Virus record (IMG/VR): IMGVR_UViG_3300032285_003500
Span: 1-62,419 of that record
Length of the DNA: 62,419 bases
Direction: 5' to 3' (one strand)
Source: a virus
Lineage: Duplodnaviria > Caudoviricetes
Part shown: one piece after another, positions 1 to 10,158 of the stretch
Layout: every line of letters starts with the position of its first letter
How positions within the stretch are numbered: position 1 is the first letter of the stretch
The notes under the pieces: model-generated
What the model saw: the letters and a program-made list of their open reading frames with translations, nothing else
The model's database searches: none
Told to the model about the DNA's origin: nothing
Program-made: the position numbers and the translations under genes

Positions 1-80
1 CGCACAAACTCCTTTCTATTTTCTGTTGATAATCTGCTCAGATAACCAGTAAATATGGTAACAATAGACAAGAGGTACAC

Positions 81-800
81 ATGCAAATTTTGATTCCCAT
101 GGCTGGAGCAGGCAGCCGTTTTAGCAGTGCTGGCTACAGCCTGCCCAAACCCCTGATTGATGTGGCTGGTGAACCCATGATCAGTCGTGTCATAGACAAC
201 CTGGGCACCAACCATCAGTATTGGTTCATTGTTCAGGACAGTGTGTATCAGCAATACGGCCCACAGCTTAATGAAGTGGCCAGCAAAACCTATCGTCACC
301 ATTTCCTCAAAACAAATGGGCTCACACAGGGGGCCGCAGAAACTTGTCTGCTGGCAGAGCACCAGTTGGATCCAGAAGAGCCCTTGATGGTGGCTAATTG
401 TGATCAGTGGCAGGATTGGGACCCCCATCATTTTCAAGATTGGTTTATTCGCAACCCCAGCGACGGAACAGTGATCACTTTTTACAGCAACAGCATCAAA
501 AACAGTTATGTGAAAATTGACAGCCTGGGCTGGGTAATTGAAGCCAGAGAAAAGGAAGTGATCAGCAATCTGGCCACCACGGGTGTGTATATTTGGCGCA
601 AGGCCAAGTATTTTATTCAGGCTGCACATGAGATGATTGATCGTAATATCAGAGTCAACAATGAGTTTTATGTTTGTCCAGTTTATAACCAAAATTTGTT
701 CATGGGGCACAAGATCAACACCTATCACATCAACCGCCACTACCCCATTGGCACCCCTGAGGATTTGGACTACTATCTGGCTCAAGGCTTGATCAAATGA
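81..800 (+). CDS. Sugar-phosphate nucleotidyltransferase (GT-A fold)
   Basis: N-terminal ILIPMAGAGSRF...LPKPLI motif, ANCD and NNEFYVCPVYN; SD AGAGG upstream. Confidence 0.85.
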   Translation: MQILIPMAGAGSRFSSAGYSLPKPLIDVAGEPMISRVIDNLGTNHQYWFIVQDSVYQQYGPQLNEVASKTYRHHFLKTNGLTQGAAETCLLAEHQLDPEEPLMVANCDQWQDWDPHHFQDWFIRNPSDGTVITFYSNSIKNSYVKIDSLGWVIEAREKEVISNLATTGVYIWRKAKYFIQAAHEMIDRNIRVNNEFYVCPVYNQNLFMGHKINTYHINRHYPIGTPEDLDYYLAQGLIK

Positions 801-1126
801 AAGAATATGATCCCAGCACCTTTCAGGGTGGTTGGTTTATAGGAAACTTTGAACCCAACATCCTGCGCACAGCCGATTTTGAAGTGGGAGTCAAGACCCA
901 CAAAAAGGGCGAATACCATGAGCCTCACTATCATTCCATTGGCACGGAATACAATTATCTGATCAGCGGCACACTCATCATCAACAGCAGGGCGTTTGTG
1001 GGCCCCACAATATTTGTTGTGGAACCAGGAGAAGCAGTAGTGCCGCAATTTGAAACAGACTGTGTTTTGTGTATAATCAAGACGCCCAGCCTGCCTGGGG
1101 ACAAATATCTATTGGAGACCACATGA
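797..1126 (+). CDS. Cupin-fold protein
   Basis: GWFIGNFEP...HYH...E cupin metal motif; ATGA overlap with the previous gene. Confidence 0.7.
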   Translation: MKEYDPSTFQGGWFIGNFEPNILRTADFEVGVKTHKKGEYHEPHYHSIGTEYNYLISGTLIINSRAFVGPTIFVVEPGEAVVPQFETDCVLCIIKTPSLPGDKYLLETT

Positions 1127-2259
1127 AAATTCTTGTAAACCACAAAGACTTGAACAAGTATTTCTGGGCCACCTATCACGTCAAGAGCAAAACCAATCTC
1201 AACGACGCAGCCCACGAAATTGCTATTGGTCAGAGTATTGGAAATCCCAACAAGCGCAGCCTTTGGGAGACGGACCAAATGATTGAGGACTATGCTGCCA
1301 AGATCCTGGCCACAGAAAACCTGGATCAACAGGAAGGCTCTGTGGAGATTGGCTTCCCCTATGCTCTCATGGACTGGGATGGTGATGGAGTAAGTCAGCT
1401 GCTGTGCATCCTCATGGGAGGACAGATGGACATTGACAATATTCAAAAGTGCCAACTAAACAATCTGGAAATTCATCCTGACATTGAAAACAAGTTCTTC
1501 AAGGGCCCCAAGTATGGAATCACTGGCATCAGAGACTTTGTCAAGAATCCGGATCGCCCCTTGTTTGGAGGTATCATCAAGCCCAAGAACGGCATGACTC
1601 CTCATCAAGTGTTGGACATGACCAAGGAGTTGGTGGAGGGCGGGGTTCATTTCATCAAGGAAGATGAAATCATGAGCAACCCCAGCATCTGCCCACTCAG
1701 TGATCGTGTGCCTCTGATCAGCAAATATCTGGAAGGTAAAAATGTTGTCTACAGCTTTTGTATCAATGCTGACCCCATGCATGTTCTGGACCGTGCCCGT
1801 TTTGTAGCTGCCAACGGCGGCAACAGTGTTCACGTAAACGTGTGGAGCGGATTGGGTGTGTACAAGAGCCTACGGGATCTGGATCTGCCCTTGTTTATCC
1901 ACTATCAGAAGAGCGGTGACCGCACTTTCACCAGCAGCACACATGACTTCAACATTCACTGGGATGTGCTGTGCAAGCTGGCTGGACTGTCGGGTGTGGA
2001 CTTTATCCACGCTGGCATGTGGGGCGGTTATCTGAGCAACACTGATGAAGAACTGCACAAGACACTAGGAGTGCTGCGTTCACATAATGTGATGCCTGCA
2101 CTCAGTTGTGGCATGCACGCTGGATTGGTGCAACCCATCTATGAACGCTTTGGCAAGGACTGGATGGCCAATGTGGGCGGTGCTATTCACAGTGATCCAG
2201 GTGGCACCATGGCTGGCAGCCAGAAGATGCGCCAGGCCATTGAGGACTTGCGCATCTGA
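1123..2259 (+). CDS. RuBisCO-like protein (form IV, RLP)
   Basis: GIIKPK, FIKEDE (carbamyl-Lys motif), DFIHAG, SCG and GGAIH motifs; HIHRA replaced by HYQKS; start taken at ATG 1123 (ATGA overlap, GGAG SD). Confidence 0.9.
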   Translation: MKILVNHKDLNKYFWATYHVKSKTNLNDAAHEIAIGQSIGNPNKRSLWETDQMIEDYAAKILATENLDQQEGSVEIGFPYALMDWDGDGVSQLLCILMGGQMDIDNIQKCQLNNLEIHPDIENKFFKGPKYGITGIRDFVKNPDRPLFGGIIKPKNGMTPHQVLDMTKELVEGGVHFIKEDEIMSNPSICPLSDRVPLISKYLEGKNVVYSFCINADPMHVLDRARFVAANGGNSVHVNVWSGLGVYKSLRDLDLPLFIHYQKSGDRTFTSSTHDFNIHWDVLCKLAGLSGVDFIHAGMWGGYLSNTDEELHKTLGVLRSHNVMPALSCGMHAGLVQPIYERFGKDWMANVGGAIHSDPGGTMAGSQKMRQAIEDLRI

Positions 2260-2261
2260 TC

Positions 2262-2849
2262 ATGAATCATCTGCCTGGCTGGATGACTGATGCAGAGCTT
2301 GCAGCCATCGATGATATCTGCAAGCTGGTACCCCTGGGAGCTCCTGTTTTGGAAATAGGCAGCTTCCTGGGTCGCAGCACCATACAGTGGGCAGCAAGAT
2401 TACCAGCCAGTCGCATCATATGTGTGGATACCTGGCAAGGGTATCCACAGGACTATATTGAAGATTGGTATTTGCAACAATGTAATGGCGATCATAGATT
2501 CTTGCGCAAAGACATCACATTGTTTCGTCAATTTTTGAGAAACACCAGAAGATTCACAAACGTGTATCCCATGCGAGTCAACAGCAGAGAATTTGAATGG
2601 GTGTGGGCTGAACCTCCAGGTGTGATCTTTATTGATGGAGATCACACTGAGGCAGGTGTAAAGGCAGACTTGGAAGCAGTTTATACTCGTTGGAATGCCA
2701 CCAGCGACACCATCATATGTGGGCATGACTACAATAGCCGGTTCAACAACCAAGTCAAACGCATGCTGGAACCCATGGCAGCAGCCTGGAACAAGCACAT
2801 TGAGAATCCCACCAACACCACCATTTTCTTACTCAAAGGAAAACAATGA
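2262..2849 (+). CDS. Class I SAM-dependent methyltransferase (Methyltransf_24-like)
   Basis: LEIGSFLGRST, IFIDGDH and GHDY motifs. Confidence 0.85.
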   Translation: MNHLPGWMTDAELAAIDDICKLVPLGAPVLEIGSFLGRSTIQWAARLPASRIICVDTWQGYPQDYIEDWYLQQCNGDHRFLRKDITLFRQFLRNTRRFTNVYPMRVNSREFEWVWAEPPGVIFIDGDHTEAGVKADLEAVYTRWNATSDTIICGHDYNSRFNNQVKRMLEPMAAAWNKHIENPTNTTIFLLKGKQ

Positions 2850-3307
2850 AACTGATTGCTCACAGAGGACTAGTAAATGGTCCTGATTCCCAACTGGAAA
2901 ATCATCCTGCTCAAATTGCAAAAGTTTTGGATCAGGCCTTGGATACGGAAATTGACGTGTGGTTCAAAGAGGGTGTATGGTGGTTGGGGCATGACAACCC
3001 CACTCATGAGGTCAGTTTTTCCTTTTTGAGTCATCCACAACTGTGGATACATGCCAAAAATTTTGAAGCAGCTGACCAGCTGATAACCTTGAGCCGTCAG
3101 GGACACTCACACAATTTCTTCTGGCATGACAAGGATGATAGAACCCTCACCAGCTGGGGATTCTGGTGGACTTATCCGGGACGTGAACTCAGCAAAAATA
3201 GTGTGGCAGTGATGCCCGAATGGCACACACCCAGGGAAGAGTTTGTCAGCTTGCTGTCCTTGGATTGTCATGCTGTCTGCACAGATTGGATCAATTTATT
3301 GAAATGA
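2846..3307 (+). CDS. GDPD/PI-PLC-like phosphodiesterase
   Basis: IAHRG, EN, EIDV, LGHD, WIHAK and CTD motifs. Confidence 0.75.
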   Translation: MKLIAHRGLVNGPDSQLENHPAQIAKVLDQALDTEIDVWFKEGVWWLGHDNPTHEVSFSFLSHPQLWIHAKNFEAADQLITLSRQGHSHNFFWHDKDDRTLTSWGFWWTYPGRELSKNSVAVMPEWHTPREEFVSLLSLDCHAVCTDWINLLK

Positions 3308-3999
3308 AGGTAGCATTGTGTTTTGGCGGACTGCCACGCTATGTGACCCAAACACATGGGTATTGGCGCAATTGTATCCTGGACAAGTATGACACTGATG
3401 TTTTTGTGCATACTTGGAACGAATACAACTCCTGGCAGGGTGGATCAGGTGAGCAGAGGCTGACTGATCAGATCTGGAGTCTCTACAAGCCCAAGAGCCT
3501 TACTGTGGAACCCTCCATGAGCATTGACACCAGCATCTACAAACACAGAATCTGGCCCCACAGAACCACTCCACATGGTGTGTTGAGTCAATGGTATAGT
3601 GTGGGCCACAGTTTGAAGCAGCGGCAAAGTTATGAACAACACAACCACTTCAAATACGATATTGTGGTGAGGGCCAGATTTGACTGGTATCTGGAAAAAG
3701 TTGATTTTGAAATCAACAACTGTTGGAATATTGCACTCACACCCACCTTGTCAGGCCACAGATTCAAATTGCGTGATCAAATGCTCACTGGCATAAACGA
3801 TCAGTTTGGTTATGCCACCAGCGATGTGGCCACCTCAATGAGTGCATTATTTGACCGCATACCCTATTTGTATCAGAATGAGGGAGTTGATTTTTGTAGC
3901 GAACTGTTCCTCAAAGCGCATTTGGAACTGTGTGGCATACCAGTCAAGGAACATGCATTCCACAACGGAATGGTAAGATGGTGGGGAGTGAATCCATGA
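3304..3999 (+). CDS. Putative glycosyltransferase-like protein
   Basis: MKVALCFGGLPR, DVFVHTW, YDIVVRARFD and NDQF motifs; ATGA overlap. Confidence 0.6.
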   Translation: MKVALCFGGLPRYVTQTHGYWRNCILDKYDTDVFVHTWNEYNSWQGGSGEQRLTDQIWSLYKPKSLTVEPSMSIDTSIYKHRIWPHRTTPHGVLSQWYSVGHSLKQRQSYEQHNHFKYDIVVRARFDWYLEKVDFEINNCWNIALTPTLSGHRFKLRDQMLTGINDQFGYATSDVATSMSALFDRIPYLYQNEGVDFCSELFLKAHLELCGIPVKEHAFHNGMVRWWGVNP

Positions 4000-5078
4000 G
4001 TTTGAAAGTGGCCGTTTATACTGTGGCCTTAAATGAGAGAAAATTTGTGGAACGTTGGGTAAATGCCCACAAGGAACATGCTGCTTATATGGTGGTGGCT
4101 GACACTGGCAGCACAGATGGAACCATTGAGGCGCTTCGTGAACACGGCGTTCAAGTGCATTCCATTCAAATCAAGCCCTGGAGATTTGATGATGCCCGCA
4201 ATGCAGCACTGGCACTGGTTCCCAGCGACGCTGATGTGTGCATAAGCACTGACATGGATGAGCTGATGGCACCAGGCTGGTATGATGCCCTGTGTGCCAA
4301 TTGGGTGCCAGGACAAACAACCCGTTTGCGTTATAACTATGTGTGGAGTTTTGACGGGAATGATAATCCACAGCACAGCTTCATGGGCGACAAGTGTCAT
4401 GCCAGAACTCACTATCGCTGGAGACGTCCTGTTCACGAAACAGTTTTCCACACTGGCGGATCTGCTGAAAGCATTGTGACTGCTCCCCAAGTTGTTATGT
4501 GGCACAAGCAGGATCACAGCAAGAGCCGTGGACAATATCTGCCCTTGCTGGAACAAAGCCACAAGGAAAATCTGGAATGCAGTCAAACACTTTTTTGGTT
4601 GGCCAGGGAATATGCCTACTACAACAAGGGTGAAGAAGCAGTTGCGCATTTCCGCAAGTATCTGGACATGCCACATGCCACTTGGCATGAAGAACGTGCA
4701 GAAGCACAACGCTGGCTCAGCAAACTGCTGCCACATGACAAGCTTTATTGGCTCAGACAAGCCACTGCTACCGCACCCATGAAGCGTGAACCCTGGATGG
4801 ACTTGGCCGATCACTATTATGCAGAAGCTGATTGGTTGAACTGTCTCTGCAATGCTGTGAATGCTCTCAAGATTCTTCACAAAAGCGGAACCTATCTGGA
4901 CAGCCAGGATGCCTGGGGCAGTAAAATCCCTGATCTGGCTGGCATTGCTGCCTACAACATGGGCATGATGGAAGACAGTGTTCGCTATTTTGAACAGGCC
5001 GCATCCTTGAATCCCCAGGATCAGCGGATTCAAAATAATTTGAGGTCTGCACGTAATTCACTGGAGGCTAAAAAGTGA
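3996..5078 (+). CDS. GT2 glycosyltransferase with C-terminal TPRs
   Basis: VADTGSTDGT, PWRFDDARN, DMDE and VHE motifs; helical TPR-like C-terminus. Confidence 0.9.
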   Translation: MSLKVAVYTVALNERKFVERWVNAHKEHAAYMVVADTGSTDGTIEALREHGVQVHSIQIKPWRFDDARNAALALVPSDADVCISTDMDELMAPGWYDALCANWVPGQTTRLRYNYVWSFDGNDNPQHSFMGDKCHARTHYRWRRPVHETVFHTGGSAESIVTAPQVVMWHKQDHSKSRGQYLPLLEQSHKENLECSQTLFWLAREYAYYNKGEEAVAHFRKYLDMPHATWHEERAEAQRWLSKLLPHDKLYWLRQATATAPMKREPWMDLADHYYAEADWLNCLCNAVNALKILHKSGTYLDSQDAWGSKIPDLAGIAAYNMGMMEDSVRYFEQAASLNPQDQRIQNNLRSARNSLEAKK

Positions 5079-5872
5079 AACCAAGGGCAAGTATTTGGAT
5101 TGTCACTTACAGAAACGAACAGGATTTGAATGCCAATCTGGACAGCTTGTTCCAGCACTGGCAGCCAGATCTCATGGACATTCAAGTAAATGTGATCAAC
5201 AATCACACACAGTTTAAATTGAACTCAGCACACTGGGATAAAGTTCAAGTGTGGCACAACAGACTGAGAAGTGATCAGAGTTTGGGCCATTTGAGTCGCA
5301 ACTGGAATCAGGCACTAGTGCAGGGTTTTGACAATCTGGATCATCCACGTGCGGAGTTTGTAATCAACAGCCAGGATGATGTGATCTGGCAGCCTGGCTG
5401 GTGTGCAAGTGTGCTCAAGGAGACAGAAACCTACAACCTGATCAGTCAGGGTGTGGGAGATGCTGTGGTGGTTTACAAAATAGATGCTGTTCGCAATATT
5501 GGATTGTGGGACGAACGTTTTTGTCCCAGCTTTTATCATGACGGAGATTATTTTTTGCGTGCTCTGATCTACAACAAACAATTCAGCAGTATCAATGATC
5601 CAGCACATGGCCGTATTTTAAATCCACTCCCCTATAATTTTGCTGTTGTGCCTGCTGCTAATGCTCCCAGGGTGGATGCAAAGAATTTGAGTTATGGAAA
5701 GGCACACCTGCCCTTTCTGGTATGGAAACAAAAATGGGCCACAAATCCCATACACTGGAGTCAGGAGTTGATTGACAATCCTCCCACAATTAGCCAATGT
5801 TACAATTACGTGCAATATCCACACTTTGAAACCAATCTGGCTGATCTTGCAGCCCGCAACTATCTTGTTTGA
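5075..5872 (+). CDS. GT2-like glycosyltransferase
   Basis: IVTY, SRNWNQAL, QDD and IGLWDERF..DGDYFLR motifs; GTGA overlap. Confidence 0.75.
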   Translation: MKPRASIWIVTYRNEQDLNANLDSLFQHWQPDLMDIQVNVINNHTQFKLNSAHWDKVQVWHNRLRSDQSLGHLSRNWNQALVQGFDNLDHPRAEFVINSQDDVIWQPGWCASVLKETETYNLISQGVGDAVVVYKIDAVRNIGLWDERFCPSFYHDGDYFLRALIYNKQFSSINDPAHGRILNPLPYNFAVVPAANAPRVDAKNLSYGKAHLPFLVWKQKWATNPIHWSQELIDNPPTISQCYNYVQYPHFETNLADLAARNYLV

Positions 5873-5881
5873 GGAACAATA

Positions 5882-6964
5882 ATGAAAATAGCCATCTATG
5901 CTCCAGGATTGAATGAACAGAAACATGCTGCGGCGTGGGCTGACTCATGTGCCGAAGCAGACTATCGTGTAGTGATCGACACAGGCAGCACTGACGACAC
6001 CAAAAAGATCCTTGAGGAAAAGGGTGTATCAGTGTATGACGCCTGGATCCGCCCCTGGCGTTTTGATCTGGCCTACAATGTGGCCATGGCACTTGTACCC
6101 AAGGATGCAGATGTGCTGATCTGTCTACACATGGACGAAAGGTTGGAGGCCGGTTGGAGACAACTGATTGAAAGTCACTGGACTCCACAAACCACCAGAC
6201 TACGTTATACCTATGTGTGGAATTGGGCATCACCTGGAGTTCCCGGACGCATGTGGAGTGGCGATCGTATTCATGCTCGTCAAGGTTTCCTGTGGATGGG
6301 AGCCACGCATGAAGGATTGTGCAGCCGTGTTCCTGAAGTTCAAACACAGTGTCCTCAACTGAGAATTCTTCACTTTCCTGACTGGAAGGACAAAAAGAAT
6401 GATCTTGCACTCCTGGAAGAAGCAGTTCGTGAATCACCTCATGACGCTCGTATGCGAGCCTACCTGGGTCGTGAATACATGTATCAGAACATGAAGGAAA
6501 AGTGCATTGAAACTTATAAAGAGTTTCTCACCATGCCCAGCTGGAATGTGGAACGCGGGTTGGCCATGCAGCATTTGTCCACTGTGGACACTGACAACAA
6601 GGTGTATTGGCTCAAGAGTGCCACCATGGAAACTCCACATCATCGTGAGCCATTAGTGGAGCTGAGTCGCCACTATTATGGACAAGCCAACTGGAGTGAC
6701 ACCTACAAGTATGCCAAAAAGGCCTTGGCGATTGTGAACCATCCCATGGACTATAGCTGCACAGATGAGGCTTGGGGTTGGCTGCCACATGACTTGGCTG
6801 CCATTGGTGCTTGGAATCTGGGAATGCGCAAGGATGCTCTACAACATGCCAAGGATGCCCTAGCCAAGAACCAAGTTGACGAAAGACTTAAGAATAATTT
6901 GAAAACTATTGAAAAATGGTTTGTAGACAACGGTGTGCCCACAGAACCACAGAAGGCTGACTAG
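5882..6964 (+). CDS. GT2 glycosyltransferase with TPRs (paralog of 3996..5078)
   Basis: [26 protein letters not shown] and THE motifs; TPR-like C-terminus. Confidence 0.9.
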   Translation: MKIAIYAPGLNEQKHAAAWADSCAEADYRVVIDTGSTDDTKKILEEKGVSVYDAWIRPWRFDLAYNVAMALVPKDADVLICLHMDERLEAGWRQLIESHWTPQTTRLRYTYVWNWASPGVPGRMWSGDRIHARQGFLWMGATHEGLCSRVPEVQTQCPQLRILHFPDWKDKKNDLALLEEAVRESPHDARMRAYLGREYMYQNMKEKCIETYKEFLTMPSWNVERGLAMQHLSTVDTDNKVYWLKSATMETPHHREPLVELSRHYYGQANWSDTYKYAKKALAIVNHPMDYSCTDEAWGWLPHDLAAIGAWNLGMRKDALQHAKDALAKNQVDERLKNNLKTIEKWFVDNGVPTEPQKAD

Positions 6965-7203
6965 TCAGCCTTCTTGCTGTGCTGCCGCTTCTGGCGATAG
7001 GTTATTCTGGCTCTAGTCAAATCATAGGGGCTGATTTCCACCGTGACCTGATCCATGTGATGGATGTTTATATTGTGAATTCTCAGCTTACCGCTGAGAT
7101 GTGCTAGAACAACGTGCTCGTTTTCTAGTTTTACTCTGAACAGCGCATTGGGACAAACCTCAATAACTGTGCCATTCATTGTGATGTAATCTTCTTTGCT
7201 CAT
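6961..7203 (-). CDS. infA: Translation initiation factor IF-1
   Basis: [43 protein letters not shown] is the canonical IF-1 sequence. Confidence 0.95.
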   Translation of the reverse strand: MSKEDYITMNGTVIEVCPNALFRVKLENEHVVLAHLSGKLRIHNINIHHMDQVTVEISPYDLTRARITYRQKRQHSKKAD

Positions 7204-7285
7204 TCGGTCCTTGTGTGTTTGAATGCAGGACTATTTACATGGATAATTCTGAGCACATGCTGTATTTTGAGTAGTGTAATTCTGC

Positions 7286-7852
7286 TTATGACTGAATTTT
7301 ATCCGCAATGCCCAGTTTCACTGCTTGCTCAGCAGTCAAATACACATCATGCGCTGGCAACAAGTGTGTTTGGATACTTGCATCAGCCAAGCCGCTAAAT
7401 TTACGGTAGTGATCCATCATGCGAGCAGTGGTTTGTTCAAAATCTTGTTGAGCACTTATCAACTCATGCATTTTTCCTGTGGCAGAACCGCTCCATTGAT
7501 GACTCATTATGGTTGTGTTTTTTGTGAGTATTCTTGCATTGGCTGCACCTGCCATGAAAATCATCAAACCAGCTGAGCTGATTTGCCCAATACCCAGTGT
7601 GTGAACTGGAATACCACTATGACGCATGGTATCAATCACAGCAAACGCATCTGTGAGACTGCCACCCTGACTGTTCACCACAAATGTGAGATGCTTTAGT
7701 TTAAATCTCTTGTTGAGATTGTGCGCAAAGATAAACTTGATGGCATCTTCTGCAATGGATGCATCAATTTCCCCAAAAATATGAAATATGCCATGACGCT
7801 GAAGAATTCCATCAACATCCCAATCATTTGTGTCTTCTGGTTTACGTGTCAT
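7286..7852 (-). CDS. clpP: ClpP-family protease subunit
   Basis: NSQGGS, SSAG (catalytic Ser), MSHQ and DVYLTAEQAVKLGIADKI. Confidence 0.9.
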   Translation of the reverse strand: MTRKPEDTNDWDVDGILQRHGIFHIFGEIDASIAEDAIKFIFAHNLNKRFKLKHLTFVVNSQGGSLTDAFAVIDTMRHSGIPVHTLGIGQISSAGLMIFMAGAANARILTKNTTIMSHQWSGSATGKMHELISAQQDFEQTTARMMDHYRKFSGLADASIQTHLLPAHDVYLTAEQAVKLGIADKIQS

Positions 7853-8026
7853 CTTGCAAACAGTCCTCCAAATACTTTGTTTATTTTGTGTTGACTACAA
7901 ACCCTTCAATTTACTGTGGCAATTTTTATGTTTGCTACTACTTGGTTTGGAACTCTCCAAGTGGATATAAGGATTCGCACACTATATAATATAGTCTATA
8001 AAAAATGGAGGGAGAAGTCACGAGCT

Positions 8027-8422
8027 ATGCCAAACTGTATATACTATATCAGCTGGTTCACCTGGCTGGAAGAGGATGCCAACACCAATTGGGATTTTTG
8101 GTACCTCAAACAGGGTAGCCGGCTCAAGCCCAGAAAAACATCAGATCAATCCCACATTGATGCCGATGAGGTTGCTGATGCATTTACAGGAGCTCAGGCT
8201 GCCAAATTGGATAGCCTGGACGCCAATTTCATAAATGATGTGAAACTGCTGGCTTTTGTGGAAGCTGAATCAGATCAGGAGGCAAAGGATCAAATCCTGG
8301 CTGTGTTTCCAGATGCTGAGTTTGACAAATGTGAGCAGATCGATACAGACACACGAAATCAAATCATAGCCATGATAAATCGCACACTGGCCAGAGCAGG
8401 GGCTGATCAGGAAAAAACCTGA
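8027..8422 (+). CDS. Hypothetical protein
   Basis: Open frame with GGAGG/GGAG upstream of ATG 8027. Confidence 0.55.
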   Translation: MPNCIYYISWFTWLEEDANTNWDFWYLKQGSRLKPRKTSDQSHIDADEVADAFTGAQAAKLDSLDANFINDVKLLAFVEAESDQEAKDQILAVFPDAEFDKCEQIDTDTRNQIIAMINRTLARAGADQEKT

Positions 8423-8435
8423 TCAGCCAGTTATT

Positions 8436-8630
8436 TTACTGCTTGAAAGTTTTGGTAGCCCGAATCGCAGCATCCTTGGTGTGTGACACCTGAACAGGTA
8501 CCCAAATCTGGGGTACGGGCAAGCCGTTCTTCAAATACCAGTCACGGTCCACATCAGGAGAATCCATCTCCGCCCAAGTCACATACTTGCCGTCAAACGC
8601 ACGCTGAACAATATCAAAATTACGAGCCAT
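8436..8630 (-). CDS. Hypothetical protein
   Basis: ORF with AGGGAG SD. Confidence 0.6.
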   Translation of the reverse strand: MARNFDIVQRAFDGKYVTWAEMDSPDVDRDWYLKNGLPVPQIWVPVQVSHTKDAAIRATKTFKQ

Positions 8631-8750
8631 AGTCTAAATCTCCCTGTGTCACTCTGGGTGATCACTATTTGGAGGTTGTTCTCAGTATCACATGATACTA
8701 AGATTTGGGCACCATGCCCAAACTTATAATACCCTAAATGGGCATTTGTG

Positions 8751-9476
8751 TCAAGTCCACAAATTCATTCTCACTGCCACCAGCCGCATCAGCATGGCCT
8801 GATCTTCCTCCAAAAACTGTTGTTCCAGAGCATGAATATCGTGGATGATGTTCATGCTGGAATCCTGGGCCTGTGAGTCCAGATCAAAAATATCCTGATT
8901 TGTCTTACAAAAATGATCCCAACCACTTGCCTGGTAGGGATCCACACGACCAGGGCGGACGCTGGTCCACCAGTGGTAGAGTTCCACGATTTCTTTGCGA
9001 GTGATAGTTTGCTGTTCACAGCCTTCCTCCTCCAAAGGCTTCAGCAGATATGCCACACCAGCTTTGGGGTTCCGCACTGCAATCCGCAGCATACGCTTCC
9101 AGCGCGGCTTGAGTTGATTGTACCATTCAGGCAGGAAAATTGTGGCCATGTTGGCACACTCAATTTCCACAAAATCCACCAACAGCTGAAAGTTTGTGTG
9201 GATCATCAGCTCAGGTTTGTCATGATAACCAGGCTCCAAACCTGAGCTCACCACATGATAACGGTTTGTGGTACGATAGCGAATCCACCAGGTAATATTT
9301 TTGAGGGGTCTGCACCCTGCGCGCCAAATGTCCTCAATCCAATCAGGCACTGTTTCCTTGAGCCAAAAAGCCCAGGGCTGTTGCTGCTTGCAAAGCGTTC
9401 TCCAGTCACTCCACTCTTTGTGGGTGGCAGCCTGAGGCTTGTGCAAGTTCCAATAATCTTGGGAGAAAATGTTCAT
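8751..9476 (-). CDS. Hypothetical Trp-rich phage protein
   Basis: 241-aa ORF with ELYHWWTSVRP and LMRLVAVRMNLWT motifs. Confidence 0.65.
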   Translation of the reverse strand: MNIFSQDYWNLHKPQAATHKEWSDWRTLCKQQQPWAFWLKETVPDWIEDIWRAGCRPLKNITWWIRYRTTNRYHVVSSGLEPGYHDKPELMIHTNFQLLVDFVEIECANMATIFLPEWYNQLKPRWKRMLRIAVRNPKAGVAYLLKPLEEEGCEQQTITRKEIVELYHWWTSVRPGRVDPYQASGWDHFCKTNQDIFDLDSQAQDSSMNIIHDIHALEQQFLEEDQAMLMRLVAVRMNLWT

Positions 9477-9507
9477 GTGGTGAACCTATACGGATAGGAT
9501 TATTATG

Positions 9508-10158
9508 TCAATACCAGCCCATCTGTGCAACCATCTGGCTGGCAGAAATAGCATAGGCCATACTAACATTGTGTGACCTGATCACGCCAGATTGTGGAAT
9601 GCTCACAGTCTCAGCCTTGAGTCGCGGGGCACGATCCAAGATACTCTGCGGGATTCCACTGTTTTCGGTTCCCAACGTGAGCATGGGCTTGTAGCCCTGT
9701 GTCTCAATACGCATGATATGAGTATTCCAGTCAAAATTATAAACGTTCTGTCCGCCCTGCTCCACGAAGATGGGTATAACCTTATGAGTGTGGCAGAAGC
9801 CTTCAAAAAGATCAGCATTCAACTCAGCGTTGCAGTCCACGCCCCACACCTTGTCCACGTGTGTATAATGGGCTGCTCCCACCAATCCTCGGTTGTCAAT
9901 CTTGCGACGACCAAACACAACTGCCCGTTCTGCGCCCATCAAGTGTGCGCTGCGGATCACAGTGCTGATGTTCATGTCACTTAGCACATTCAAACAGCAC
10001 ACCCAGAATGGAAACACGTTGTTCTGTGTGATAGCTTTGAGCTCAGCTACACTCAGTCCCTTGAGATGGTCATGCACATTATAACCGCTGTTGTTCTGCT
10101 CAATGAATAGCTCTCTAGTCTCACGAACGTTCAGGTCAATGTGTTTTTCTAAAGCCAT
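9508..10158 (-). CDS. SpoU/TrmH-family RNA 2'-O-methyltransferase
   Basis: N.STVIRSA, LGTENSGIP and VSIPQSGVIRSHNVSMA SPOUT motifs. Confidence 0.85.
   Translation of the reverse strand: MALEKHIDLNVRETRELFIEQNNSGYNVHDHLKGLSVAELKAITQNNVFPFWVCCLNVLSDMNISTVIRSAHLMGAERAVVFGRRKIDNRGLVGAAHYTHVDKVWGVDCNAELNADLFEGFCHTHKVIPIFVEQGGQNVYNFDWNTHIMRIETQGYKPMLTLGTENSGIPQSILDRAPRLKAETVSIPQSGVIRSHNVSMAYAISASQMVAQMGWY

Noticed and set aside
1123-2259. True CO2-fixing RuBisCO
   Set aside because: It lacks H294/R295 and loop-6 Lys equivalents, is only ~378 aa, and no small subunit or PRK is present.
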